Notes under the pieces: generated by a model
The model's database searches: none
What the model saw: the letters and a program-made list of their open reading frames with translations, nothing else
Told to the model about the DNA's origin: nothing
Shown here: positions 18,914 to 28,465 of the stretch, piece after piece
Numbering within the stretch: position 1 is the first letter of the stretch
How the letters are laid out: the number at the start of each line of letters is the position of its first letter
DNA from: Patescibacteria group bacterium
GTDB taxonomy: Bacteria; Patescibacteriota; Minisyncoccia; UBA6257; UBA9933
Direction: 5' to 3'
Assembly (NCBI GenBank): GCA_038078555.1
Contig: JBBTYQ010000008.1
Coordinates: forward strand, 1-56,182
Length of the DNA stretch: 56,182 bases
Made by a program: the position numbers and the translations under genes

Positions 18914-20407
18914 TTACCGACCGCTTTTAAGCGCCCTTCCGTTCATAATTCCGGTAGCTTTTCCTTCTTTTATTGCTCGCTGTCCGCCCACTATCACCTC
19001 GGAAATTTCGCCGTTCTTAAACATCGTTAAATCTGCGAAATAACCGGGCTTTATCATTCCCCTGCCTGGAATATTGAGTTTTAGAGCCGGCAAAAAGCTT
19101 ATCTTTTTTATTGCAAGCTCAATCGGCATTAAATTATCAACTTCCGCTGATTCTAAAAATTTTTTAAAAGGTTGATATTTTTCCGTTAATCCGTTTGAAG
19201 AAATTAAAGACTCTTCTCTTTTAATGGTTTTTAAAGAAGTGGCGAGATTTATATTTTTATACAAAACCTCGGCTCGAAATTCAGTAAGTTCCATCAAAGC
19301 AAGTATTCCTTCTCGGCTGCTCAAATTTCTGTTTTGAGAAAATTCTTTGAGCGTTTTGCCTTCTAAATATTCTCTAGTCGGAGCGCTGATAATTATCACG
19401 TCCTCACCCTTGAAAAGCGGCAACTCTTTTAATATTTTTTTTCGATTTTCCGGATTCTTTATGGTTTCAGCCATTGATTTTCGGCTGGCAGATTTTGCCC
19501 AATCCGGCAAAAACGATCTTAAAGGCATTGTCTGCTTTTCATAAGGATAAAGATTAAAATTTATTCCGGCACTGGAATAATTCTGCTCAATTAACTTAAT
19601 ACAAAGGTCAAATTCTTTTCTAAGTCCGACTAGCGGAAAAAAATCATTGATTAAAATTTTTGCGCCGGTTTCTTTGGCAAGATAAATCAATCTTTTTACC
19701 GACTCAATCAGCTCTTCTCTTTGAGATTTTAACGGCTTAATTAATTTATTTTTAATATTAATCGCCAAAACACCTTTTAATTTTGCAACGCTTTGGGCGA
19801 TTTTTTTTATTTCAAAATAAGAAGCTTCTCCGACTATCGGATGATCAAGGTCAATCGAAACGCCGAATGCCCCTTCTTTCAAGCTTTTTTCAACAATTGA
19901 ATTTAAAACCCTAAGTTCATTATCGGTAAGATTTCTAAAAACCGACTCATTGATTATTTCACGGCGCAAAGTTGTATAACCCGCAAAAGATCCGAAATTA
20001 ACCCCTATCGGCTTTGCGGATAGTATTTTAATAAATTCGGAAAAATTATGCCAATCAACATTGATTTTATTTAAATTCGCTCTGGAAGAAATCGATTGAA
20101 GCGAACCGTATATAATCGGCGCAAGCGAAAATCCATTTTGACCCCCGATAATAGTAGTAATCCCCTGGCTCAAATAATTTTCAAGCTTGGGTTTTGTAAA
20201 AATTTCCAAACGCTGATCCGCATGATTGTTAATGTCAATAAAGCCCGGTGCCAGATAATATCCCAAGCCGTTTATGGTCTCATCAGCCTGATAATCAATA
20301 GCCGGTTCAATCGCGGAAATTTTTCCGTTTTTTATTAAAACGTCCGACCTGAAAGCCGGCTTGCCCGTGCCGTCAGCGATTGAAGCGTTTTTAATTAAAA
20401 TAGTCAT
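18914..20407 (-). CDS. N-acyl-D-amino-acid deacylase-like amidohydrolase, probably degenerate
   Basis: IADGTG, APGFID, QGITT, RGMIKPGYFADL; several metal ligands altered. Confidence 0.8.
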   Translation of the reverse strand: MTILIKNASIADGTGKPAFRSDVLIKNGKISAIEPAIDYQADETINGLGYYLAPGFIDINNHADQRLEIFTKPKLENYLSQGITTIIGGQNGFSLAPIIYGSLQSISSRANLNKINVDWHNFSEFIKILSAKPIGVNFGSFAGYTTLRREIINESVFRNLTDNELRVLNSIVEKSLKEGAFGVSIDLDHPIVGEASYFEIKKIAQSVAKLKGVLAINIKNKLIKPLKSQREELIESVKRLIYLAKETGAKILINDFFPLVGLRKEFDLCIKLIEQNYSSAGINFNLYPYEKQTMPLRSFLPDWAKSASRKSMAETIKNPENRKKILKELPLFKGEDVIIISAPTREYLEGKTLKEFSQNRNLSSREGILALMELTEFRAEVLYKNINLATSLKTIKREESLISSNGLTEKYQPFKKFLESAEVDNLMPIELAIKKISFLPALKLNIPGRGMIKPGYFADLTMFKNGEISEVIVGGQRAIKEGKATGIMNGRALKSGR

Positions 20408-20479
20408 TACTTTTTATTATAACAAATTTTAAGATTATATTTAATAAAATTAAAATTCTGTTCAGCTGGGATAAAAACA

Positions 20480-20580
20480 AAAACGGCTCAATTACCCAAT
20501 TTATAGATGAGCCGTTTTCTAGCTAACGTTAATGCAGGTTTTTAAAGTATCGCCTGCCTGCCGGCAGGCAGGGCTCACGC
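20480..20580 (-). repeat. dispersed structured element copy 1, containing a 20-bp palindrome insertion (20553-20572)
   Basis: Aligns end to end with 50972-51052; hairpin AAAACGGCTCA..TGAGCCGTTTT. Confidence 0.85.
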
Positions 20581-20608
20581 ATATTTTACGATTAATCAGT
20601 CTTCAGCC

Positions 20609-21652
20609 TTAAAGCGTTTGGCTCAAGACAAATAGTACCAGTCCTAAACCGCTCATAACCGCGGAAATAATCCAAAATCTCATCGTTACTCTTGTCTCCG
20701 GCCAGCCCAAAGCCTCAAAATGATGATGGATCGGCGTACTTAAAAATATTTTCTTTTTAAAAATCTTCTTACTGGTCAATTGAGCGATAACCGAAGTTGA
20801 TTCTATGGCTAAAATCACCGCAAAAAACGGCAAAAATAAAACAGTATTGGTAAGCATGGTAATAGTGCCCAGCGTTATGCCTAAAGCCATAGAACCGGTA
20901 TCACCCATAAAAAATCTGGCTGGATAAATATTGTGCCACAAAAAAGCCAGAAGCGCGCCGATTACTACAGAAGAAAAAGCCGCTAAATCATACCGGCCTA
21001 AAATAAAAGCTACGGCAGTCAAAGCTCCGAAAGCAAAAAGCGAAACTCCGCCCAGCAGTCCGTCCAATCCATCGGTCTCATTAGCGGAAAAAGCCGTGGC
21101 AATAATCACAAACATGAACATAGGAAAATACCACCAGCCAATCTCCACATTGCCGTAAAAAGGAACGTAAAGCGCTGTCCAATCAAGTTTAAAATAAAAC
21201 CACCAAGCGCCCAAAGCGGCGAGCACGGCGAAAATAATAAGTTTATGCCGTATTTGCAATCCGCCGCCATTAGGTCCGATTTTTAAAACTCCGAATAAAT
21301 CGTCAACTAAGCCTAAAATTGCGGCAATAAGCATCGCGGCAATCGGCAAATATGTCTGCCCTCGGTCAATAAAATCAAAATAACTCCAAAAACCGTCAAA
21401 CAAAAAATTTAAAATAAAAAATAATAAAGCCAACCCAAGCGTTGTCAGCCAGATAATTATGCCGCCCATGGTCAAAGTACCGGCTTTTTTGCTGTGCAAG
21501 CTTGAATAAATCGGAGAATTATCGCTGGTTCTAATCTGCTTGCCAAGCTGATACTTTTCCAAAAGCCTTACTATGATCGGGGTTAGAATCAAAGCCGCAA
21601 TAAAAGCCACGCCCACGAGCATCAAAATTCTGATTATTTGAAAAGTGATCAT
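20609..21652 (-). CDS. mraY: phospho-N-acetylmuramoyl-pentapeptide transferase
   Basis: K.GT.TMGG, GLVDD, NETDGLDGL, FMGDTGS, PIHHHFE. Confidence 0.96.
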   Translation of the reverse strand: MITFQIIRILMLVGVAFIAALILTPIIVRLLEKYQLGKQIRTSDNSPIYSSLHSKKAGTLTMGGIIIWLTTLGLALLFFILNFLFDGFWSYFDFIDRGQTYLPIAAMLIAAILGLVDDLFGVLKIGPNGGGLQIRHKLIIFAVLAALGAWWFYFKLDWTALYVPFYGNVEIGWWYFPMFMFVIIATAFSANETDGLDGLLGGVSLFAFGALTAVAFILGRYDLAAFSSVVIGALLAFLWHNIYPARFFMGDTGSMALGITLGTITMLTNTVLFLPFFAVILAIESTSVIAQLTSKKIFKKKIFLSTPIHHHFEALGWPETRVTMRFWIISAVMSGLGLVLFVLSQTL

Positions 21653-21679
21653 AAAAAAAATATGATTTAAATTTAATAT

Positions 21680-22696
21680 TTAATATACGCAATTAATTAA
21701 TTTTTCCGTTTCTTTAAACGCATCTTCTGCGCCTAAAATAATTGCCAATAACATCTGATTATTTCTATTAAATAAAGAAATTAAATTTCTGCCGGCTTCA
21801 TCAGTATGGCCGGTTTTTCCTCCAAGAAAATTATTCTGCCCGCTAAATTGATTGATATTGGCCAGTTTTCTGGATTTATTACTTATTAATTCTGTAATTT
21901 TAATCTCTTTTTGCCGGCTGATTTCAAAAATTTCAGGGCTTTGCGCGTTAATATAATGAACCAGTTTCACTAAATCTTCGGTAGTCGATTGATTTAAAAA
22001 AGAAAGTCCGGTGGAATCAAAAAAATGCGTATCAGTCATTTTTAATTCATCGGCTTTTTTATTCATTAAAAAAATAAAATCTTGTTCATTTGGATTTTCC
22101 GCCAAAGCAACTCCCGCATCGTTTGATGAAACAACAAGCATGGCCTTAATTAAATCAATTGCTTTAAATACTTCTCCAGTTTTTATGCCACCCGCTTCGC
22201 CGAAAGCTGATTCCGCTTTTTCGCTTATTGCTATTTCTTTTTCTTTTCCTAAATTTTCAATAGCCACCACCGCAGTCATAAGCTTCGTAATTGAAGCTAA
22301 AGGCCAGCGCTTTTTGCCGTCTAATTCAATCAAATCGGCATTTTGGCTCACATTTCTTAAAATTGCCCCCTTGGCGCTGATGGTATCAGCGCAATTTTCA
22401 AACGATATTTGATTTTCTCCAATTTCTTCCAATAAAATATCCGTCTCGTTATTTAAAGACGAATTTTGAGGCTCATTAATTACAGCGGGATTTGATTGTA
22501 CTAATAATTCTGACCGATTGTTTTGATTAATAAAATAATCTCCAAAGGTTTGCGCGGAAGCTTCACTTTCCACTAAACTGTCTTCAGCTTCAATATTTGC
22601 AATACTAATCGCTTTTTGAGAATTATTCCCATCAACTTTAATTACTAAAAGCGCAAAAGAAATTACAATCATTAATAATAAGGCTTGAAATCTCAT
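21680..22696 (-). CDS. D-Ala-D-Ala carboxypeptidase (peptidase S11)
   Basis: SxxK (SITK), SxN (SSND), KTG. Confidence 0.9.
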   Translation of the reverse strand: MRFQALLLMIVISFALLVIKVDGNNSQKAISIANIEAEDSLVESEASAQTFGDYFINQNNRSELLVQSNPAVINEPQNSSLNNETDILLEEIGENQISFENCADTISAKGAILRNVSQNADLIELDGKKRWPLASITKLMTAVVAIENLGKEKEIAISEKAESAFGEAGGIKTGEVFKAIDLIKAMLVVSSNDAGVALAENPNEQDFIFLMNKKADELKMTDTHFFDSTGLSFLNQSTTEDLVKLVHYINAQSPEIFEISRQKEIKITELISNKSRKLANINQFSGQNNFLGGKTGHTDEAGRNLISLFNRNNQMLLAIILGAEDAFKETEKLINCVY

Positions 22697-22749
22697 AAAA
22701 AAATAATAATTAATACTTAACCACTAACCACTAGCCCTGTTAGCCATAA

Positions 22750-23373
22750 TCATTGATTACTCAAAATACCGCTCTCTATACCGCTCTCTGTAGTTTTTAA
22801 ATCTTGGCTTGTTGAATCTTGACCCGTTTGTACAGATTCAAAATCTAAAGAAAATTTTTTGAATTTTTCGTATTCAGGCAATTCTTCAATTTTGGACACG
22901 CCTAGATATTTTAACAAATCAAAAGTCGGTTGGTAAAGATAGCCGCCGCGTTCTTTGGCTTCAGTAGCGCGCTCAACAAGTCCGCGCATCATTAAATTTC
23001 TCAAAATAAAACTGGAATTCACGCCCCGAAAATAATCGATTTTCGCGCGCGATATCGGACCGAAATACATAATTAAAGAAAGTGTTTCTAAAGACGCCGG
23101 CGTCAAATTTTCTGAAAATTCTTCCTTGATAAAATCTTCTAAAAATCTTGAAAATTCCGGTTTAGTGGCCAATTGAACGCGATTCTCATTAAATATCAGT
23201 TTTAATCCCCTTCTGTCATCGCTTAATTCTTTTTCAAATTCTCCCAGCGCTGTCTTTATTGCTTCCTCGCTAATCCCTAAAATTTTGCCGATTTTTTTTA
23301 TTTCCATCGGCTCGCCATAGGCAAATAACAAAGCCTCAATCGAGGACGTTAAATTTTTATTTTCATTTTCCAT
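22750..23373 (-). CDS. scpB: segregation and condensation protein B
   Basis: IEALLFA, LETLSLI.Y.GPISR..I..FRGVNS. Confidence 0.93.
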   Translation of the reverse strand: MENENKNLTSSIEALLFAYGEPMEIKKIGKILGISEEAIKTALGEFEKELSDDRRGLKLIFNENRVQLATKPEFSRFLEDFIKEEFSENLTPASLETLSLIMYFGPISRAKIDYFRGVNSSFILRNLMMRGLVERATEAKERGGYLYQPTFDLLKYLGVSKIEELPEYEKFKKFSLDFESVQTGQDSTSQDLKTTESGIESGILSNQ

Positions 23374-23385
23374 ATTTACATTATT

Positions 23386-24105
23386 TTAATCCTGAGCCGC
23401 GCCGAAGGGTTCGCGATTTCTCGTTATCATTATATCAGAAAATTTTTCCCCTTGCTCCACTTTTATTATCTGGTCTCTTAATAAATGAAGCAAAGCCAGA
23501 AACAAAACAATAATTTCTGTTTTAGATTTTTCTTTTGACAATTCTCCGAAACTTTTTATTCCGGATTCCATTTTTTTTACAATTTCTTCAATTTTTTCCT
23601 CAAGTCTTACTAAGACGATTTCAATAGTTTCCGAATCTAATTTCAAATCATTAAAAGATTCAAATATCGTCGCAATCGAGGAGTTAAGCGAATTAATGCT
23701 TATATTTTCTGACGGATAAAAAACCGGAGTTTTATTGGCAAAAAGCGAGCGGGAAACCGAAAAATTTTTCCTTTCATAAAATTTTTTAAATAATGCAATC
23801 GCCTCCTTAAATTCTTTATATTTTTCTAATCTTATTTTGAGGTCTGAAATATCCTGCTCCTCCTCCGAGCTAAGCTCAAGCGACGGCAAAAGTTCTTTTG
23901 ACTTTATTAAAAGCAAATGAGCCGCAATAACCACAAAATCAGAAACTAATCTCGGCTCAATAACTTCCAATTTTCTGACATAATCCAAAAAACTGGCTGT
24001 TACTTCAGCCAAGCTCAAATCTGTTATCGCCATTTTTTTCCCTTCAATTAATTCTAATAATTTATCAATCGGCCCGGAAAATTGTTGTGATTGAATTTGA
24101 TACAT
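23386..24105 (-). CDS. scpA: segregation and condensation protein A
   Basis: FSGPIDKLL.LI, LLLIKS..LLP, FLALLHL, QGE.FSDI. Confidence 0.92.
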   Translation of the reverse strand: MYQIQSQQFSGPIDKLLELIEGKKMAITDLSLAEVTASFLDYVRKLEVIEPRLVSDFVVIAAHLLLIKSKELLPSLELSSEEEQDISDLKIRLEKYKEFKEAIALFKKFYERKNFSVSRSLFANKTPVFYPSENISINSLNSSIATIFESFNDLKLDSETIEIVLVRLEEKIEEIVKKMESGIKSFGELSKEKSKTEIIVLFLALLHLLRDQIIKVEQGEKFSDIMITRNREPFGAAQD

Positions 24106-24109
24106 ATTT

Positions 24110-25408
24110 TTATTTCAATTTTAACGCTTCTTGCGTATAAACATTTGACGGATTCCAAAGCATAAAACCATCGATTAATTCCGGAGTGCTACTAGCCGCA
24201 TCATAAACAGCTTGAATCTCTTTTTTTACCATTTGCGCATTATAATCCGCTCCTAAATCAAAATCCTGAAGCCAGGGGCGTAATCTAGAATTTGGAATTT
24301 TGAATTTGGAATCTAGAATTTCGGTTGTTGTAGAATTCGTTGTTAGTTGTAGGTTATAGATTGTCAGTTTTTTTAGCGCGCCATCCATGGAATATTTTAT
24401 TATTTCATACGGATAATTGGCCGGATTTTTATAGCCCAAAAATCCTTTGGCATAATGCGACGGATAAACCATCGGGCTAATATAATCAAAATAACTGTAA
24501 GCGTCTTCAATCACCTGCCCTATTCCCAAATCAGTGCTTTCCACGGTTGCCAAACCAAAAAGATCGGCAGAAATTTTTACTCCTTCAAGCTCGCTCCGAA
24601 GATAACCAAAAAAACTTTTTATAATATTTCTTTTTAGCGTTTTCTCGTCATAAAAAGGAAAACTCATGTCATTGAGATTACCGTCCGAAGCAAAACGGAT
24701 ATAGTCAAAATTTATTTCATCAAAACCGCGGCTGACCGCGTCTTTGGCAATGGCAATGTTATAATCCCAAGATTCCTTGGCGGCCGGATCAATCCAAGCA
24801 AGTTTCTTATTATCGAGCCAAAGAGTTGATGACGACGCATGACATTTAATACCTGACGCATCTGACGATTGGCACTTAGTTCTTGAATGAATCGCCAAAT
24901 CGGGCCGGGCTTTTGCCAAGATCGGGTCTTGAAAAATCGTAATCCTTGCAATCACATAAATTCCCTCCTCGTGCAATTTTTTTATTAAAGAATTGATTTT
25001 TGAAATTCTGATTTCTTTTGCCTTATATTTTTCCACTTCGTCAAGTTTTATATCATAAGCAACAATTCCGGAAAAATCTTTGATATCAATTACCACCGCG
25101 TTAATTTCCGTTTCTTTGGCCAATTTAATCAGATAATCAATTCTTTTTTGAGAGCTGGCCGACCAGCTGGTAAAATAAATCGCCTTAATTTTTTCTGGCG
25201 GATTTTCTAAAGGCTTTTGCGGCTCAATATCGCTGTTTGGATTAAAAACCGCTAAAGCGCTTGAGGAACTATTTTCGCCATTTAGCACGGCTCCATTAAC
25301 ATCGTTTGCTAAATCATTGCCGAATTTTAGAGTCTTTTCTCTGGATAAAATAAAAAAAGAGCCAAGGGCCGCTGAAATTATCATTAAAAAAACAATAAAA
25401 CGCTTCAT
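24110..25408 (-). CDS. putative glycoside hydrolase (DUF4015-like)
   Basis: INAVVIDIKD, GFDEINFDYIRF, SPMVYPSH, RPWLQDF, N-terminal transmembrane helix. Confidence 0.82.
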   Translation of the reverse strand: MKRFIVFLMIISAALGSFFILSREKTLKFGNDLANDVNGAVLNGENSSSSALAVFNPNSDIEPQKPLENPPEKIKAIYFTSWSASSQKRIDYLIKLAKETEINAVVIDIKDFSGIVAYDIKLDEVEKYKAKEIRISKINSLIKKLHEEGIYVIARITIFQDPILAKARPDLAIHSRTKCQSSDASGIKCHASSSTLWLDNKKLAWIDPAAKESWDYNIAIAKDAVSRGFDEINFDYIRFASDGNLNDMSFPFYDEKTLKRNIIKSFFGYLRSELEGVKISADLFGLATVESTDLGIGQVIEDAYSYFDYISPMVYPSHYAKGFLGYKNPANYPYEIIKYSMDGALKKLTIYNLQLTTNSTTTEILDSKFKIPNSRLRPWLQDFDLGADYNAQMVKKEIQAVYDAASSTPELIDGFMLWNPSNVYTQEALKLK

Positions 25409-25471
25409 TTATATGGCTCAATATAACTTATTTTTCTTGAAATTAAAAGGCTTTCGTGCGATAATCCCAAA

Positions 25472-26578
25472 ATGGCTCTGGCACTTTATCGCAAATATCG
25501 CCCCAAAACTCTTTCTGATCTTTTGGGTCAGGAAATTATTGTGGAAGTTATAAGAAACGCGGCCAAAAACGACAAACTAGCCCACGCTTATTTGTTTTAC
25601 GGTCAGCGCGGCTCCGGCAAAACAACCACCGCAAGGCTGATTGCCAAAATCGCCAATTGCGAAACCCGCCAAAAAAATGAAAAATTCAAGAATACCGGCG
25701 AGCCTTGCAATAATTGCCAGAAATGCAAAGAAATTGATGAGGGAAAATCATTGGATGTTATTGAAATCGACGCCGCTTCCAACCGAGGCATTGATGAAAT
25801 CAGAAATTTAAAAGAAGGCATTAAATTCTCCCCTACTTCTTCGGCTTATAAAGTTTATATTATTGACGAAGCTCACCAATTAACCAAAGACGCTTTTAAC
25901 GCCCTCTTGAAAACCTTAGAAGAACCGCCGGCTCACGCGCTTTTTATTTTAGCCACCACTGAATACGAAAAAATGCCGGCTACTATTGTTTCGCGCACTC
26001 AACGATTTCATTTTAAGCGCCTGCCTATGATAAAAATCGTTGAAAAATTAAAGTCAATAATAAAAGCAGAAAATATCAAAGCTGATGACGCGGTATTGGA
26101 GCTTATCGCCTCCTCAAGTGAAGGAAGCGTAAGAGACGCGGAATCGCTCCTGGACCAAATTACGTCTTTAGAAAAAGAAATATCTCTGGAAGAGGTGGAA
26201 AAAATTCTTGGCCGGGCCGGATTTTCCAAAACTTCACAATTAGCCGAAGCTTTAATAAAAAACAATGCCGAAGAAGCGCTTGGTATCTTGGCAAAAGTAA
26301 ACGAAGGCGGCTATAACTTAACCCAATTTAACAAAGACTTAATCGCTTATTTTCGCCGAGTATTGGCTTTAAAATTTTCTCCAGCCCTTGAAGAAGAATT
26401 TAAAAAAGAGCTGCCGGAATCAGATTTAAATCTGATTAAAAAACATTCAAAAATAATTAACGAACAAAAAACAATAGAGCTCATCAAATCGCTTATCCGC
26501 GCTTACGGCGAAATGAAATACTCTCCTTTCCCGATTGTGCCTTTGGAAGTGGCGATTGTTGAAAATTTAAAAAGTTAA
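25472..26578 (+). CDS. dnaX: DNA polymerase III subunit gamma/tau
   Basis: LYRKYRP, GQRGSGKTT, EIDAASNRG, LLKTLEEPP. Confidence 0.96.
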   Translation: MALALYRKYRPKTLSDLLGQEIIVEVIRNAAKNDKLAHAYLFYGQRGSGKTTTARLIAKIANCETRQKNEKFKNTGEPCNNCQKCKEIDEGKSLDVIEIDAASNRGIDEIRNLKEGIKFSPTSSAYKVYIIDEAHQLTKDAFNALLKTLEEPPAHALFILATTEYEKMPATIVSRTQRFHFKRLPMIKIVEKLKSIIKAENIKADDAVLELIASSSEGSVRDAESLLDQITSLEKEISLEEVEKILGRAGFSKTSQLAEALIKNNAEEALGILAKVNEGGYNLTQFNKDLIAYFRRVLALKFSPALEEEFKKELPESDLNLIKKHSKIINEQKTIELIKSLIRAYGEMKYSPFPIVPLEVAIVENLKS

Positions 26579-26626
26579 TTTTCGAACAACGCTATAATAT
26601 AATTATTAATTATAAGCATTGTTCGT

Positions 26627-27325
26627 ATGAATTATAAATCATTAAAAGAAAAATCAATAAATTTAAGAAAATCTGGTTTTTCCTATTCTGAAATCTTAAA
26701 GCAAATTCCAGTCGCTAAATCAACCTTGTCTTTATGGCTAAAATCGGTTAATTTATCAAAGAAACAAAAGCAAAGATTAACCGAAAAGAAATTGGCTAGT
26801 ATGCAGCGTGGAGCAATTGCAAAGAGAAATCAAAGAATCGAAACAATCCAGCTCATTAAAAACAAGGCTATTTCAGAAATAAGAAATATTTCAGACAGAG
26901 AATTGTGGTTAATAGGTATTTCTTTGTATTGGGCCGAGGGCGCAAAACAGAAAGAACACAATGTATCTCAAAAAGTCGCTTTCAGCAGCGGAGATCCATT
27001 GATGGTTAAATTATTTTTAAAATGGCTGAAAAAAATAGTAAAAATTTCCGATTCAGATATATTTTTTGAAATATATACTCATAAAAATTCAAAAAATAAA
27101 CTCAGTCAAATAACTAAATATTGGTCGAAAATCATAAATGTTCCAGAATATAAATTTGATCGTATTTATTATAAAACTAATAAAATTAAAACGAAAAGAA
27201 AAAATACGGGAATAAATTATTATGGATTATTAAGAGTATGCGTAAAAAAAAGTACAAATTTAAACAGAAAAATCAGTGGATGGATTGATGGAATAGTACA
27301 AAATTGCGGGGTAGTGCAATGGTAA
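26627..27325 (+). CDS. HTH plus LAGLIDADG-like domain protein overlapping tRNA-Gln
   Basis: N-terminal HTH (LRKSGFSYSEI..VAKSTLSLWL); LYWAEG..K, FSSGDP..VKLFLKWL, YG...V. Confidence 0.65.
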   Translation: MNYKSLKEKSINLRKSGFSYSEILKQIPVAKSTLSLWLKSVNLSKKQKQRLTEKKLASMQRGAIAKRNQRIETIQLIKNKAISEIRNISDRELWLIGISLYWAEGAKQKEHNVSQKVAFSSGDPLMVKLFLKWLKKIVKISDSDIFFEIYTHKNSKNKLSQITKYWSKIINVPEYKFDRIYYKTNKIKTKRKNTGINYYGLLRVCVKKSTNLNRKISGWIDGIVQNCGVVQW

Positions 27326-27378
27326 CACGCCTGCCTTTGAAGCAGGAATTCTAGGTTCGATCCCTAGCCCCGCAGCCA
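27305..27378 (+). tRNA. tRNA-Gln(TTG)
   Basis: TGCGGGG..CCCCGCA acceptor, CCTGC-CT TTG AA-GCAGG anticodon arm, encoded CCA. Confidence 0.93.
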
Positions 27379-27424
27379 ACTCGTGATAGGTTATCGCGCA
27401 CGAGGAACGTCAAACTGCAATTTT

Positions 27425-27943
27425 ATGAAAATATTTATCACAGGAATAGCTGGAACCGGCAAAACAACCGTTCTGGCAGAATTACAGAAACGTGGGTATG
27501 TTGTCATTGATATAGACGCCACGGGAATGTGTAAGTGGAAGAATATAACTACAGGTGAAATTACTGAATACGGACCCAGCGGAAGAGATGAGAAATGGCT
27601 CAATGAACATGGATGGTATTGCGACATAGATACTTTGAAAAAATTACTTTCTTGTATACGAGAAGATAAAAATGTCTTTGTCGCGGGCTTTATTGATAAC
27701 ATAGAAGATGTCGTTCGAGAATTTCACAAAGTGTTTTTATTTGTTGCCTCTGACGATGTGATTAAAGAACGACTTTCTAAACGTACGAATAGTCATTTTG
27801 GTAAAAAAGAAGACGAACAGGAGGCCATACTAAGTTGGAAACCAGAGTTGATTAAGAAGGTAAAGAATTCTACCGAAGTTGATGCAAGTAAAACCCCCGA
27901 TGAAGTTGCAGAGTTTATTCTAAGTAAATTAGCAAATAAGTAG
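27425..27943 (+). CDS. P-loop nucleotide/shikimate kinase-like protein
   Basis: ITGIAGTGKTT, ERL..R. Confidence 0.8.
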   Translation: MKIFITGIAGTGKTTVLAELQKRGYVVIDIDATGMCKWKNITTGEITEYGPSGRDEKWLNEHGWYCDIDTLKKLLSCIREDKNVFVAGFIDNIEDVVREFHKVFLFVASDDVIKERLSKRTNSHFGKKEDEQEAILSWKPELIKKVKNSTEVDASKTPDEVAEFILSKLANK

Positions 27944-28114
27944 AGCTCAAGACCCGTCGTCCAGCTTACCAAAAACATAAACTAATTTCCGCTCGAAGTA
28001 ATTCAATAATCTTTAATAATAATCCACAAAATTAAAACTTCGTAATAAAATAAAAACATAAATTTCTCGAGTTAAATCTAGACTAGTTATAGTAATGCTC
28101 AACAACATAATTTT

Positions 28115-28441
28115 ATGGAAAACATTTCATCCGAAACAACATGCTCGTCATGCAACGCACCCATATCCCCAACCGAAAACTTTTGTCCGCAGTGCGGAAC
28201 GAAACTCAAGGAACCGCCGCTTTCAATCTCCGTGAGAAAACAGGCGTTTATTTATCTTATAAGTTTTTTTCTTGCTCCGTTTGGTCTTGGCTACGCATTT
28301 AAATATCTCAAGCAATCTGACCCTAAAGCGCGAAAGGTGGGTATTATTGTCGTCATACTGACAATCCTCGCAATAGCGCTTATGATTTGGGTTACGAAAA
28401 TATTTACGAGCTGGGAGTATCAATTGATTGACACGCTCTGA
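28115..28441 (+). CDS. zinc-ribbon membrane protein
   Basis: CSSC..FCPQCG plus two transmembrane helices. Confidence 0.75.
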   Translation: MENISSETTCSSCNAPISPTENFCPQCGTKLKEPPLSISVRKQAFIYLISFFLAPFGLGYAFKYLKQSDPKARKVGIIVVILTILAIALMIWVTKIFTSWEYQLIDTL

Positions 28442-28465
28442 TGCTAACCTGTTAAATTACAAAAA

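Noticed and set aside
22974-22984. CAACAAGTCCG in scpB as a self-target of guide unit 4
   Set aside because: Only 11 contiguous matches, and only in the swapped half-site order; plausible by chance. No full 18-mer target was seen by eye in the window
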